From assembly GCA_964392965.1 (NCBI GenBank), contig CAYMSA010000001.1, forward strand, positions 6,689-65,472: a DNA stretch of 58,784 nt. Reading direction: 5' to 3'. Position 1 is the first letter of the stretch; each line of letters starts with the position of its first letter. The stretch is from an uncultured Coriobacteriaceae bacterium. Lineage in GTDB: Bacteria > Actinomycetota > Coriobacteriia > Anaerosomatales > Anaerosomataceae. Of the stretch, positions 1-9,026 are shown piece by piece. A model generated the notes under the pieces. That model ran no database searches. It was not told the DNA's origin and saw only the letters and a list, made by a program, of their open reading frames with translations. The position numbers and the translations under genes are program-made.

Positions 1-680
1 AGCAGTGCGGCGGCGTGACCCTCGGCCACACCCTCGTAGAAGTGCTCGAGTGTGCCGGCCCCGCCTGACGCGATGACCGGAAGCGAGACCGCGTCCGCGA
101 TCGATCTCGTGAAGGCGATGTCGTATCCGGCAAGCGTTCCGTCGCCGTCCATACTCGTCGGTAGCAGCGTCCCGGCACCGAGGCGCTCGCACTCCTGCGC
201 CCAGGCCACAGCGTCCATACCCGTCTGCTGCTGGCCGCCGCTCACCACCACCTCGAAGCCAGACGGCATCGCAGGATTGCGTCGACCGTCGATGGCCACG
301 GTGAGGCGGTCCGGGCCGAACCCGGCGGACGCCTCAGCCACGAGCGCGGGTCGCCTGACGGCGGCGCTGTTGATCGAGACGCGACTCACGCCCGCCGAGA
401 AGAGCGCCTCGATGTCGGCCACGGAGGTGATGCCGCCGCCGACGGTGAGTGGCACCTCGCCGAGTTCCGCCGCGACGGCACGCGCCCAATCGAGCCGCGT
501 CGTGCGGTTCTCGACAGTCGCGGCGATGTCGAGCATCGCGACCTCGTCGGCCCCCGCTTCGCGGTAGAAGCGCGCGTTCTCCACGGGGTCACCGGCGTCG
601 CGCAGCCCGACGAAGTGGACGCCTTTGACCACGCGTCCGTCCTTCATGTCCAGACACGGAATGATCCTCACGACATCCAT
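1..680 (-). CDS. hisF: Imidazole glycerol phosphate synthase cyclase subunit HisF (3' end truncated by window edge)
   Basis: Reverse-complement translation from ATG at 680..678 reads MDVVRIIPCLDMKDGRVVKGVHFVGLRDAGDPVENARFYREAGADEV..., the canonical HisF N-terminus. The frame stays open to the window edge, so it is absent from the ORF track (no stop in window). Confidence 0.85.
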   Translation of the reverse strand, partial: MDVVRIIPCLDMKDGRVVKGVHFVGLRDAGDPVENARFYREAGADEVAMLDIAATVENRTTRLDWARAVAAELGEVPLTVGGGITSVADIEALFSAGVSRVSINSAAVRRPALVAEASAGFGPDRLTVAIDGRRNPAMPSGFEVVVSGGQQQTGMDAVAWAQECERLGAGTLLPTSMDGDGTLAGYDIAFTRSIADAVSLPVIASGGAGTLEHFYEGVAEGHAAAL

Positions 681-758
681 GCGTGTTCCTCTCACTGCCT
701 TCGCGCCTGCCTGCCATCAGGCGAAGAGCATCGGGCTGGCCCGACGGCCCCTACCAGA

Positions 759-1568
759 TCACCTGAACGATCCGGTGCTCCTCCTGTGCGCCAGCGTCGT
801 GTAGATGCCGCCGACGACGAAGGCCGCGATGCAGATGCCTGCAGCGTAGATGACGGCCGGATAGGCACCGCCGAAACCGTCGACACCGACGTGCTTGATG
901 ATGATGCCGAGGTATGCCCACACGAGGACCAGGCCGTAGGCGATGTCCCGGTTGCGGAGGATCACCGCAAGCCCGATGAGCGCGCCTATGACGATCAGGG
1001 CGACCGCCCACGTGGCCTCCGCGATACCGAATGCGCCCCAGCCGAGACTTACGAGCCAGACGGTAACGTTCGCAATCGTCGCGACGGTGATCCAACCGAA
1101 GTACACGCTGAACGGCACCCGGATGAAGAAGGTCTCACGCGCCGAGAGGTTCGCCTTGCGGACCTCCGTGGCGATGGCGATCAGACACACAAGGATGACG
1201 AGCATCATCAGAAGTGAGAGCGCGATGAGATCGTAGTGCCAGGCGAAGATCCACACCGTGTTTGCGAGCGATGAGACCGCGAAGATGACGCCAACCTTCT
1301 TTAGAAGGGCATCATGTCCGCGAGCCGACGGGTCCCTGAAGAGCCCAAGCTGATAGAGCGTGTGACATGCCAGCAGGATGTAGATCACTCCCCAGATCAC
1401 GAAGGTGATGCCGGCGGGCGCGAAGAGGTTGCCGTACGCATCGGACACCTCCCCGGTCAACCGCCCGTTGAGCGGCAATGCGTTGGCGAGACCGTTCACA
1501 ACGACCATCAGCACGAACGTGACGGCCACCAGCGCCTTGCTCCCTGTGGTTCTTCTTGCCGTCGCCAT
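759..1568 (-). CDS. TspO/MBR-like tryptophan-rich integral membrane protein (long form)
   Basis: 269-aa multi-TM protein. N-terminal block NGLANALPLNGRLTGEVSDAYGNLFAPAGITFVIWGVIYILL and Trp-rich helices (WIFAWHY, YFGWITVATIANVTVW) resemble the long TspO/MBR-related family. Recognised from memory only. Confidence 0.5.
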   Translation of the reverse strand: MATARRTTGSKALVAVTFVLMVVVNGLANALPLNGRLTGEVSDAYGNLFAPAGITFVIWGVIYILLACHTLYQLGLFRDPSARGHDALLKKVGVIFAVSSLANTVWIFAWHYDLIALSLLMMLVILVCLIAIATEVRKANLSARETFFIRVPFSVYFGWITVATIANVTVWLVSLGWGAFGIAEATWAVALIVIGALIGLAVILRNRDIAYGLVLVWAYLGIIIKHVGVDGFGGAYPAVIYAAGICIAAFVVGGIYTTLAHRRSTGSFR

Positions 1569-1796
1569 ATTCGCTCCCCTGTCGCATGCGCCGGACCGAC
1601 CGCCCCCGCACCCTGCTCGCCCGGAGACGCACCCCTGTCTCGGGGACTATACCCCATCGTTCGGACAGACCGCTCCACGTCCGGTACCCTGACAGGTGCG
1701 GTTGAACGGATGCCGAACGCGTGCCGCGGGCCGACTCGGTGACCACTTGAGACCACGCCGGCTGACCACCAGCCGGTGCGCTGAACGGAGGAGACT

Positions 1797-2273
1797 ATGA
1801 GCCGCCTGAAGCCAGGTGACCTCGCCCCACGATTCACGCTGCCTGATCACGCGGGAACGGCGTTCTCGCTCGAAGACCTCTACGGGGCCGGCAACGTTCT
1901 GCTGGTCTTCAACGTCGGCTTCGTCTGACCGCACTGTGTGAACCACATGGCGCAGTTGCGCCACGACTTCGAGCGGTTCGAAGCGTTGGGTACGCAAGTC
2001 GCAGTCATCGTCCCCAATGGCCCGAGGACGATCGCCCGGCACGTCGACCGGTGCGACCCTCCCTACACGATTCTGAGCGACAAGGGGTCGCGAACCGCCG
2101 CCGCATACGGCCAGACCATCGGGCGCCTGCGCGTGGGCGCCCCGGCGCTCTTCATCGTGAACTGCGAAGGCATCATCACCTGGGCGTACTATGCGACCTC
2201 GCTCACCGAGGAGCCCGACAACTCCGGTCCACTCGGGAGGCTTGAGACGATCGGGGGCTCCGAGGGTAGCTGA
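1797..2273 (+). CDS. Thioredoxin-fold AhpC/TSA (peroxiredoxin-like) protein with in-frame TGA at 1926..1928; candidate selenoprotein (U-P-H-C redox motif)
   Basis: ATG 1797 is preceded by GGAGGAG (1787..1793). It is in the same frame as track ORF 1938..2273, with a single TGA between them. Joined protein: MSRLKPGDLAPRFTLPDHAGTAFSLEDLYGAGNVLLVFNVGFV-[TGA]-PHCVNHMAQLRHDFERFEALGTQVAVIVPNG...; the stop lies exactly at the first position of the CxxC-type redox motif. Confidence 0.6.
1941..1970 (+). promoter_or_regulatory. Candidate bacterial SECIS-like hairpin downstream of the in-frame UGA
   Basis: Core GGCGC-AGUU-GCGCC within 1949..1962 (GGCGCAGTTGCGCC is self-complementary), extendable by flanking pairs. 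It begins about 20 nt after TGA 1926..1928 and has a G in the apical loop. Confidence 0.4.
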
Positions 2274-2301
2274 GTCCCGGCGCGGAGCCTCTCCGACGTG
2301 T

Positions 2302-2332
2302 GACAAGCCGGACTCTGTACGTCCGGCTTGTC
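2302..2332. terminator. Perfect 12-bp hairpin between convergent genes (bidirectional terminator candidate)
   Basis: GACAAGCCGGAC-tctgtac-GTCCGGCTTGTC, located between the stop of the peroxiredoxin-like gene (2273) and the stop of the DUF2779 gene (2401). No U-tract. Confidence 0.55.
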
Positions 2333-2400
2333 ATCAGCCACTGCGCTTGCGCCGGGTATCGTCGGACCACCGTTTCCCGGGCACTGACGCGACACCGCGC

Positions 2401-3957
2401 CTACCCGCAGGCGACCGCGTCCGCGAGACGAAGACGGAGCGCCTCAAGCAGCTTGGCTGTGGCCAACGTGTCGAGCTCGCAGTAGCGCTCCAGTTCGGCG
2501 AGTGTGCGAGCAGCCTCATCGAAATCCGCCTGGCCTCGCACTGTCCGGAGATAGCGAACGCTCGCCGTCTGCCCGTCGGCGATTTCGAGCCCCTCATAGG
2601 TGAGGCCCGGGCACCACGCAGGGAGCACATACTTGATACTCGTGCGGCCCTTCGCGTCAGGATGTCGCGTATGCCTCCGGACGACCGCCTCGAGGTCGAA
2701 CAGCCGTCCGCGCACCGCGTGGATTCCCGGTGCCAGATCGGGACACGCCTCGGCAAGCCCCTGGAGAACGCGGTCCTCGTAGGCTGTGTAGTGAACGACT
2801 GAGCCGTATTCGCCCAGGTCCGCAAGCAACCGCGACGTGAGCACGCGGCGCGGATCCTCACCGGATGCGACGACCGACGAGTCATCGGCTCCGTGAAGGT
2901 AGCCCCGATGGGTGAGGCGTCCGTCTTCTTCTTGGACGTGCACGGAGTACTGAAACGGTACCGTCTGGTAGGGCCGAGTGCCGGGCCACATCGGCAGCGC
3001 GGGTGCGATTGTCTCGAAGTCGAGATGCACAACGGGCCATTCGAGCCGGGCAAGGTCGGCCTCGAGACCGGGCGCGTCCAGCATCGGCTCGCCCGAGCGC
3101 ACCACGTGAAGCACATCCCGCTGGAGCGCCGACAGACCGGAGAAGTCGTCCGGCACGTCGGTGATGGAGAGGATGCCCTGCTCGAGGAGCGCGTGCAGTA
3201 CCGACTCCTTGAGGTGAGGCAGCTCTGTCACCGGATGCTGCTCGGGAAGGAACTCACGACAGTACCCGACGAACTCGCACGCATACGGGGTGGAGCACTG
3301 TGTGCCGATGCGCACCTGCGGTTCCGTGCCATCGAGCATCGCTTGCAGCCCACGCAAGACCGCAGGGACTTCCGGCATGAACTCCCGGGCGCGGGCGGTG
3401 ACGTCGACGATCGCGAACAGGCGATGAGGATCGTAGCCGCCGCCGGGATACACGTACGTGGTGTCCAGGTGCACGATGTTGATGCTGCGCAGTGGGATGC
3501 CGGCGCCCTCGACGACGTAGGCCTGCATGGCCGCATCGGTGACATGCTGGTCCTTGAGCGAACCGGTCGACTTCACCTCATAGAGATCCCATCGCCCGTC
3601 GTCGCCTCGAGCAAGGATGTCGACCCGCGCGAACCCGCCATCGAACTGAAAGGCCGGTTCGTAGAGTGTGCCTGCTCCTTCAGCGAGCAACCGCCGGGTG
3701 GATGCGAGAGCCTGCGCCGCGTGCAGATAGTCCTCGGTGACCTCCGTGCCTCCCGGGAAGAGGCCCTGCGCGACACGTCCGACCTCGGTACCCTGATCGA
3801 AGACCGCCTGCTGCGCTTCCGTGACCGGCGGCGCGAGGTCTCGACGATGCACGCTCAACCAGAGGGCCTTCTCACACTGAAGGCCCTTCTGGAAACGCGA
3901 CTTCGACAGCGTGCGTGCCACCAGCCTCACCCTTTCGACGCCCTCATCGTACGACAA
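2401..3957 (-). CDS. DUF2779-type protein: N-terminal Cas4/RecB-like PD-(D/E)XK nuclease with Cys cluster plus C-terminal RNase H-like/exonuclease-like domain
   Basis: 518 aa. N-terminal FQKGLQCEKALWL, D..YEVK nuclease-like core (WDLYEVKSTGSLK) and a distal CSTPYACEFVGYC cysteine triad (Cas4-like 1+3 Cys arrangement). C-terminal HLDFETIAPALP...VPFQYSVH block is typical of DUF2779. Confidence 0.6.
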   Translation of the reverse strand: MSYDEGVERVRLVARTLSKSRFQKGLQCEKALWLSVHRRDLAPPVTEAQQAVFDQGTEVGRVAQGLFPGGTEVTEDYLHAAQALASTRRLLAEGAGTLYEPAFQFDGGFARVDILARGDDGRWDLYEVKSTGSLKDQHVTDAAMQAYVVEGAGIPLRSINIVHLDTTYVYPGGGYDPHRLFAIVDVTARAREFMPEVPAVLRGLQAMLDGTEPQVRIGTQCSTPYACEFVGYCREFLPEQHPVTELPHLKESVLHALLEQGILSITDVPDDFSGLSALQRDVLHVVRSGEPMLDAPGLEADLARLEWPVVHLDFETIAPALPMWPGTRPYQTVPFQYSVHVQEEDGRLTHRGYLHGADDSSVVASGEDPRRVLTSRLLADLGEYGSVVHYTAYEDRVLQGLAEACPDLAPGIHAVRGRLFDLEAVVRRHTRHPDAKGRTSIKYVLPAWCPGLTYEGLEIADGQTASVRYLRTVRGQADFDEAARTLAELERYCELDTLATAKLLEALRLRLADAVACG

Positions 3958-4053
3958 GGCACTGACACCGAGGTTGGCGACCGGCGAGCCGACCCGCGTG
4001 TGGGCGACGACCGGCTCTCGACGAAGCGGTGAACGGCCCTCGGCGGCTTCTCG

Positions 4054-4743
4054 TCAGTCCCGGCGGAGTCCGATGAACTGCACGAGGTAGAGGACCGAGA
4101 TCAGGGCTGATGCGACGTAGGTGAGCGCCGCGGCCGTGAGCACGTTGCGGGCGCCCGCCTCCTGGCCCGGAATGACCGAACCCGTCGTGGTGAGCGCAGC
4201 GAGCGCGCGCCTGGAGGCGTCGAACTCCACCGGCAGTGTGACCACCTGGAAGAGCACCGCCGCCGCGAAGAGGATGATGCCGAGGTTCACGAGCAGCGTG
4301 GAGAACGAGCTGCCGAGGCCGAGCACCAGGCCGAGGATCACGAGGATCGGGCCCGCCTGGGAGCCGAGGTTGGCGACCGGGACGAGCGACATGCGCAGAC
4401 GGGCGGGCAGATAGCCACGGGCATGCTGGACGGCGTGGCCCGCTTCGTGCGCGGCCACGCCTGCGGCCGCTACATGGCCGCCGTTGTAGACGTCGTGCGA
4501 GAGTCGCAGCACGTTCGCCCGGGGATCGTAGTGGTCCGTCAGATTTCCGGGCGTCAGCTCGATCGCAACACCCATGAGCCCTTCGGAATCGAGAACCCGC
4601 CGGGCCACGGCCGCGCCGGTGAGACCGGGCGGCAACGACTGTTGACTGCTCCTGCGATACGCACTGCTGACGTAGGACTGAGTGATGAGGCCGAGCACCA
4701 TCGCCACGATGAAGATGAGCCAGCCTCCGGGACCGAAGATCAT
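4054..4743 (-). CDS. Membrane-anchored zinc metallopeptidase (Zn_peptidase_2/YpfJ-like family)
   Basis: HEAGHAVQH zinc motif, an N-terminal TM helix and two C-terminal TM helices; 229 aa. Confidence 0.8.
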   Translation of the reverse strand: MIFGPGGWLIFIVAMVLGLITQSYVSSAYRRSSQQSLPPGLTGAAVARRVLDSEGLMGVAIELTPGNLTDHYDPRANVLRLSHDVYNGGHVAAAGVAAHEAGHAVQHARGYLPARLRMSLVPVANLGSQAGPILVILGLVLGLGSSFSTLLVNLGIILFAAAVLFQVVTLPVEFDASRRALAALTTTGSVIPGQEAGARNVLTAAALTYVASALISVLYLVQFIGLRRD

Positions 4744-4900
4744 CGCGTGACTCCTGTTCTACCTGACTTCCTCCGGCTGAGAGAAGAGAGCACCGCTCCC
4801 GAAGATCGGAATCGGTGTTACATAAGAATACCCTGAAGGGAGCCCGAACGCACGTTCTCCACAGGATTCACACAGGTCGGCTCCGAGCAATGCCCGAGGG

Positions 4901-4937
4901 CCGGCCGCAGCCCACGCAGTCCGCGGGCTGCGGCCGG
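4901..4937 (-). terminator. 13-bp GC hairpin downstream of the ferritin-like gene
   Basis: CCGGCCGCAGCCC-acgcagtccgc-GGGCTGCGGCCGG, 22 nt past the stop at 4959 on the minus strand. No U-tract. Confidence 0.5.
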
Positions 4938-4958
4938 GGTGGCCCCTACAGGTTGCCT

Positions 4959-5249
4959 CTACAGCATCTCCTCGACTTCCTCGGCACCCTCGGCATAGAA
5001 CTTCGCTTCGTCGGGATCGAGCTCGTAGAGCAGGCGCAGAAACTCGCCGGCGTGGACCCTCTCCTCGTCGGCGATGTCCTTCAGGACACGTGCGGCGAGG
5101 TCGTTGTCCGTCGACTCGGCGAGCTGCATGTACAGCTGCACGGCCTCGTACTCGGCGGCGATCATGAACCGGATCGCACGCACGAGCTCCTCATGCGTGA
5201 CCGTACGCCCCGCCGCGGCGCCGCTGAAGGGATTACTGAACTCGGGCAT
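4959..5249 (-). CDS. Small ferritin-like/rubrerythrin-fold protein (EncFtn-like half-ferritin)
   Basis: 96 aa. AAEYEAVQLYMQLAE ... DIADEERVHAGEFLRLL gives the E..(A)..Y and EE..H di-iron ligand pattern of the roughly 100-aa encapsulated-ferritin-like family. The C-terminus (EEVEEML) shows no obvious encapsulin targeting peptide. Confidence 0.6.
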   Translation of the reverse strand: MPEFSNPFSGAAAGRTVTHEELVRAIRFMIAAEYEAVQLYMQLAESTDNDLAARVLKDIADEERVHAGEFLRLLYELDPDEAKFYAEGAEEVEEML

Positions 5250-5338
5250 GGCAGACGCTCCTTCCAGGTGATGGCTACGATGGTGCTATACCCATCACCC
5301 GGGCGAGTTGCGTCCGCCAGCATCAATCGGAAGGGGCC

Positions 5339-6637
5339 TCAGCGCGAGCCGATCTCGCAGAGCACCTCTTCGGCCGCCTGTGTCATCAGGTCAATGTCAT
5401 CGTCGGTGTGTCCGAGCCCCACGAACGTCGCCTCGAACTGGCTCGGCGCGAGCATGATGCCGCGCTCGAGGAGCCCGCGGAAGTACGCTCCGTAGCGCTC
5501 CGTGTCGCTCGTCGACGCGCTCGTCCAGTCACGCACCTCGGTGCCGGTGAAGAAGAGACACGCCATCGAGCCCACGCGCGTCAGGAAGGCATCGACACCG
5601 GCCCGCTCGACCGCCTGCCGGAGTCCTGCTTCCAGCCGCGCGCCCTTGCGCTCGAGTTCCTCATAGACGCCGGGCTTCGCAAGCTCGCCGAGCATCGCGA
5701 GACCGGCGACCATGGCCACCGGATTGCCCGAGAGCGTCCCCGCCTGATACACGGGACCGACCGGCGCGAGGCACTCCATGATCTCCCGGCGTCCACCGAA
5801 GGCACCCACCGGGAAGCCCCCGCCGATGATCTTGCCGAGTGTGGTGAGGTCGGGCGTGACACCGTAGCGCTCCTGCGCTCCGCCCCTCGCCACCCGGAAC
5901 CCGGTGATGACCTCGTCGAATATGAGCACGACGCCGTGACGGTCGCAGAGCTCACGCAGTCCGGCGAGGAAGCCGTCGGCAGGTGGGACGACCCCCATGT
6001 TGCCCGCGACCGGCTCCACTATGATGGCGGCTATCGTATCGCCGTCAGCCTCGAGCGCTGCCGCCACGGCATCGAGGTCGTTGTAGGGCAGTACGATGGT
6101 GTCAGCGGCAGCGCCCTTCGTGACGCCGGGCGTGCTCGGGATGCCGAGCGTCAGCAGGCCGCTCCCCGCGGCCACCAGCAGCGCGTCCGAGTGACCGTGG
6201 TAGTTGCCGTCGAACTTGATGAATCGGTCCCGGCCCGTGTAACCCCGAGCGAGGCGGATGGCGCTCATCGTTGCCTCGGTGCCGCTCGAGACCATCCGCA
6301 CCATCTCGATTGAGGGGACCGCCTCCACGATCGCCTCGGCCATCCTGACTTCGAGCTCGGTGGGGGCACCGTAGCTCGTGCCCCGATCAAGCTGCCCACG
6401 AACCGCGTCGAGCACGGCATCTGGCGCATGGCCGAGGATCATCGGTCCCCAGGAGGCGACGAAGTCAAGGTACTCGGTGCCGTCGACGTCCCATACGCGC
6501 GCACCTTTCGCGCGATCGTAGAACACCGGCCCCGTTCCGACGCTGCGAAAAGCACGCACCGGCGAGTTGACGCCACCCGGTATCACGCGCTCCGCCGCGT
6601 CGAAGAGCTCCGCCGACCGAGTCCGCTCGTGTGTCAT
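5339..6637 (-). CDS. hemL: Glutamate-1-semialdehyde 2,1-aminomutase
   Basis: [34 protein letters not shown]...; PLP-lysine region [18 protein letters not shown]. Start trimmed from track ORF (6748) to Met38 at 6637, which has an AAGGGA RBS upstream. Confidence 0.92.
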   Translation of the reverse strand: MTHERTRSAELFDAAERVIPGGVNSPVRAFRSVGTGPVFYDRAKGARVWDVDGTEYLDFVASWGPMILGHAPDAVLDAVRGQLDRGTSYGAPTELEVRMAEAIVEAVPSIEMVRMVSSGTEATMSAIRLARGYTGRDRFIKFDGNYHGHSDALLVAAGSGLLTLGIPSTPGVTKGAAADTIVLPYNDLDAVAAALEADGDTIAAIIVEPVAGNMGVVPPADGFLAGLRELCDRHGVVLIFDEVITGFRVARGGAQERYGVTPDLTTLGKIIGGGFPVGAFGGRREIMECLAPVGPVYQAGTLSGNPVAMVAGLAMLGELAKPGVYEELERKGARLEAGLRQAVERAGVDAFLTRVGSMACLFFTGTEVRDWTSASTSDTERYGAYFRGLLERGIMLAPSQFEATFVGLGHTDDDIDLMTQAAEEVLCEIGSR

Positions 6638-6735
6638 CGTTGAGTCCCTTCTTTCGTGCATGTCAGTCCGGCCCGTCGCCTGGTTCCCGGGCATCAGCCT
6701 CGGGCGGCCCAGCGCGAACAGCTCCCCGGAGACGC

Positions 6736-8034
6736 CTAGCTCTGCCACCCCTCGGGGACGTACGCACAGTACGGCTCCTCGGCCAGGTAATCACCGGTGA
6801 GTGCGAACGCGCGGGCCCGGCATCCGCCGCAGACCGCCTTGTACTCGCACGCACCGCACTTGCCCTTGAGGAGCGAGTAGTCTCGAAGCTCGTTGAAGAC
6901 CTTCGACTCGGTCCAGATCGTCGAGAACGGCTGCTCCCGGACGTTGCCGAGCTGCATGTCGAAGTACCCGCACGGCTGCACATCGCCCGTGTGGCTGATG
7001 AAGCCGAACGTGATACCCGCAAGACAGCCACGCGTCATCGCGTCGAGCCCGTACTCCTCGCGTGTCACCTTCCGGCCCTCGGCCTTGGCAAGCTGCCGGA
7101 TGATGCGATAGTAGTGCGGCGAGTCAGTCGGCTTGAAGTGGAGCGGACTCGTCTTCTGGCGGTGGTACGCCCAGGTGAGCACGCGCTCGTACTCTTCGGG
7201 TGGGAGCTCCTCATCCACGAGCTGACTGCCGCGCCCCGTCGGAACGAGCATGAAGATGTGGAACGCGTCTACACCGAGCTCCTCGGCAAGGTCGTGGATC
7301 TCCTCGAGCAGATGCGCGTTGCGCTTCGTGACGGTCGTGTTGATCTGTACCCCGACGCCATGGCGCTTCGCTCGCCTGATGCCCTCGACGGACTGATCGA
7401 AGCAACCCGGCTGGCCGCGGAAGGCGTCGTGCCCCTCGGCCGTGGGGAAGTCGATGGAGACCGAGATGCGCGGGATGCGGTGCACGGCCATCGCTGCGGC
7501 GACCTCGTCGGTGATGAGCGTGGCGTTCGTGCCGATCACGGGCATGGCGCCCCGCTCGTGGCAGTAGTCCACGATGTCCCAGATGTCGGGTCGCATGAGC
7601 GGCTCGCCGCCGGTCAGAATGATGATGGGGTTGCTGATCGTCACGATGTCGTCCACGACCCGCTTGATCTCCTCGAGCGTCAGCTCGCCCGCGTAGTGCC
7701 CGAACTCGGACGCTGCCCTGCAGTGAGCACACGAGAGATTGCAGCTCCTCGTTATCTCCCAGGCGATGATGCGAGGTGCCTTGATGCCCGTGCGCTCCTC
7801 ATACGCGAGGGCGTCGGCTCCCCCACCCGGCCGGAAGCCGACGCTGCGCGCTCCGCCATGTCGCTGGCGCTCGCCCCCCGCCCCGCCGAGATGCCCGGGG
7901 TGCCCTGCAGCGGGATATCCCATGGGCACCGCAGCCGCCTGCGTCCCGCATGGGGCGAGGGCTTCCGCCAGCTGTTGCTCGTCGATCGGGCCGGAGCCAG
8001 CGGGTGCGCCGATCGGGTGGCTGCGATCCGTCAT
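6736..8034 (-). CDS. ahbD: Radical SAM/SPASM enzyme, AhbD/NirJ2-like (putative anaerobic coproheme decarboxylase, heme synthase)
   Basis: [20 protein letters not shown] (CxxxCxxC), [33 protein letters not shown], and a C-terminal Cys-rich SPASM region ([18 protein letters not shown]). Gly/Pro/His-rich N-terminal extension. ATGA overlap with the hemB stop. Confidence 0.7.
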   Translation of the reverse strand: MTDRSHPIGAPAGSGPIDEQQLAEALAPCGTQAAAVPMGYPAAGHPGHLGGAGGERQRHGGARSVGFRPGGGADALAYEERTGIKAPRIIAWEITRSCNLSCAHCRAASEFGHYAGELTLEEIKRVVDDIVTISNPIIILTGGEPLMRPDIWDIVDYCHERGAMPVIGTNATLITDEVAAAMAVHRIPRISVSIDFPTAEGHDAFRGQPGCFDQSVEGIRRAKRHGVGVQINTTVTKRNAHLLEEIHDLAEELGVDAFHIFMLVPTGRGSQLVDEELPPEEYERVLTWAYHRQKTSPLHFKPTDSPHYYRIIRQLAKAEGRKVTREEYGLDAMTRGCLAGITFGFISHTGDVQPCGYFDMQLGNVREQPFSTIWTESKVFNELRDYSLLKGKCGACEYKAVCGGCRARAFALTGDYLAEEPYCAYVPEGWQS

Positions 8035-9017
8035 GACCTGTCCTCCAGGAGCCAGCGAGCCGCGTCCTTCGCATGGTAGGTGATGACGAGGTCGGCTCCT
8101 GCGCGTTTCATCGCCGTGAGCGTCTCGAGCACGATACGCCGCTCATCGATCCAGCCCTGCGCGGCCGCCGCCTTCACGAGCGCGTACTCGCCGCTCACAT
8201 TGTACGCTGCGGTCGGATAGCCGAAGCGGTCCTTCACCAACCGTAGCACGTCGAGGTAGGCGAGCGCGGGCTTCACCATGACGATGTCGGCACCCTCGGC
8301 GATGTCGAGAGCGGTCTCGCGGAGCGCCTCCTCCGCGTTCGCCGGGTCCATCTGATACGCCTTGCGGTCACCGAACGCCGGGGCGCTGTCGGCTGCCTCG
8401 CGGAAGGGTCCATAGTAGGCCGACGCGTACTTGGCCGAGTACGCCATGATCGGCGTCTCGGCGAAACCCTCGGCGTCGAGCGCGGCACGGATCGCGCCGA
8501 CACGTCCGTCCATCATGTCCGAGGGCGCCACCATGTCCGCACCGGCACGCGCGTGTGAGACCGCGACGTCGGCGAGCATGCCGAGCGTCACGTCGTTGAT
8601 GACGCAACCGTGCTCGTCGAGCGCGCCGCAGTGCCCGTGGCTCGTGTACTCGCACATGCATACGTCCGTGATCACCGTGTACTCCGGGTCGTGCGCTTTG
8701 ATCGCCCGAATCGCCTGTTGCACGATACCTTCGGGATCGGCGGCTCCACTCCCTATCTCGTCCTTCACATCGGGTAGTCCGAAGAGAAGCACCGCCGGCA
8801 CGCCGAGCGTCTTCAGCTCGTCGATCTCGGAGGGCAACTGGTCGAGTGTCAGTTGGAACACGCCGGGCATCGACGAGACCTCGTCGCGGGCACCGGTGCC
8901 GAACTTCACGAACAACGGATAGACGAGGTCGCCCGTGTCGAGGGCGGTCTCGCGCACCATCGATCGCAACGTCGCGGTGCGGCGCAGACGCCTCGGGCGA
9001 TACCGTGGGAACTCCAT
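8031..9017 (-). CDS. hemB: Porphobilinogen synthase (delta-aminolevulinate dehydratase)
   Basis: RPRRLRRT...[28 protein letters not shown], active-site [12 protein letters not shown]. Confidence 0.93.
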   Translation of the reverse strand: MEFPRYRPRRLRRTATLRSMVRETALDTGDLVYPLFVKFGTGARDEVSSMPGVFQLTLDQLPSEIDELKTLGVPAVLLFGLPDVKDEIGSGAADPEGIVQQAIRAIKAHDPEYTVITDVCMCEYTSHGHCGALDEHGCVINDVTLGMLADVAVSHARAGADMVAPSDMMDGRVGAIRAALDAEGFAETPIMAYSAKYASAYYGPFREAADSAPAFGDRKAYQMDPANAEEALRETALDIAEGADIVMVKPALAYLDVLRLVKDRFGYPTAAYNVSGEYALVKAAAAQGWIDERRIVLETLTAMKRAGADLVITYHAKDAARWLLEDRS

Positions 9018-9026
9018 GGGTCCTCC

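Noticed and set aside
52-567. 171-aa plus-strand ORF at the window start
   Set aside because: The opposite strand encodes a clean HisF N-terminus (MDVVRIIPCLDMKDGRVVKG...). The plus-frame product is Ala/Ser/Pro-rich with no motif.
1569-1796. Three GACCAC repeats (about 1739-1770) and small hairpins upstream of the peroxiredoxin-like gene as a possible redox-regulator operator
   Set aside because: A hexamer repeat in GC-rich DNA is weak evidence and matched no known PerR, OxyR or Rex box. It is left as unverified background.
4959-5249. Encapsulin nanocompartment locus
   Set aside because: Only the small ferritin-like gene is present. No HK97-fold shell gene is adjacent and no recognisable targeting peptide is present, so no compartment system can be claimed from this window.
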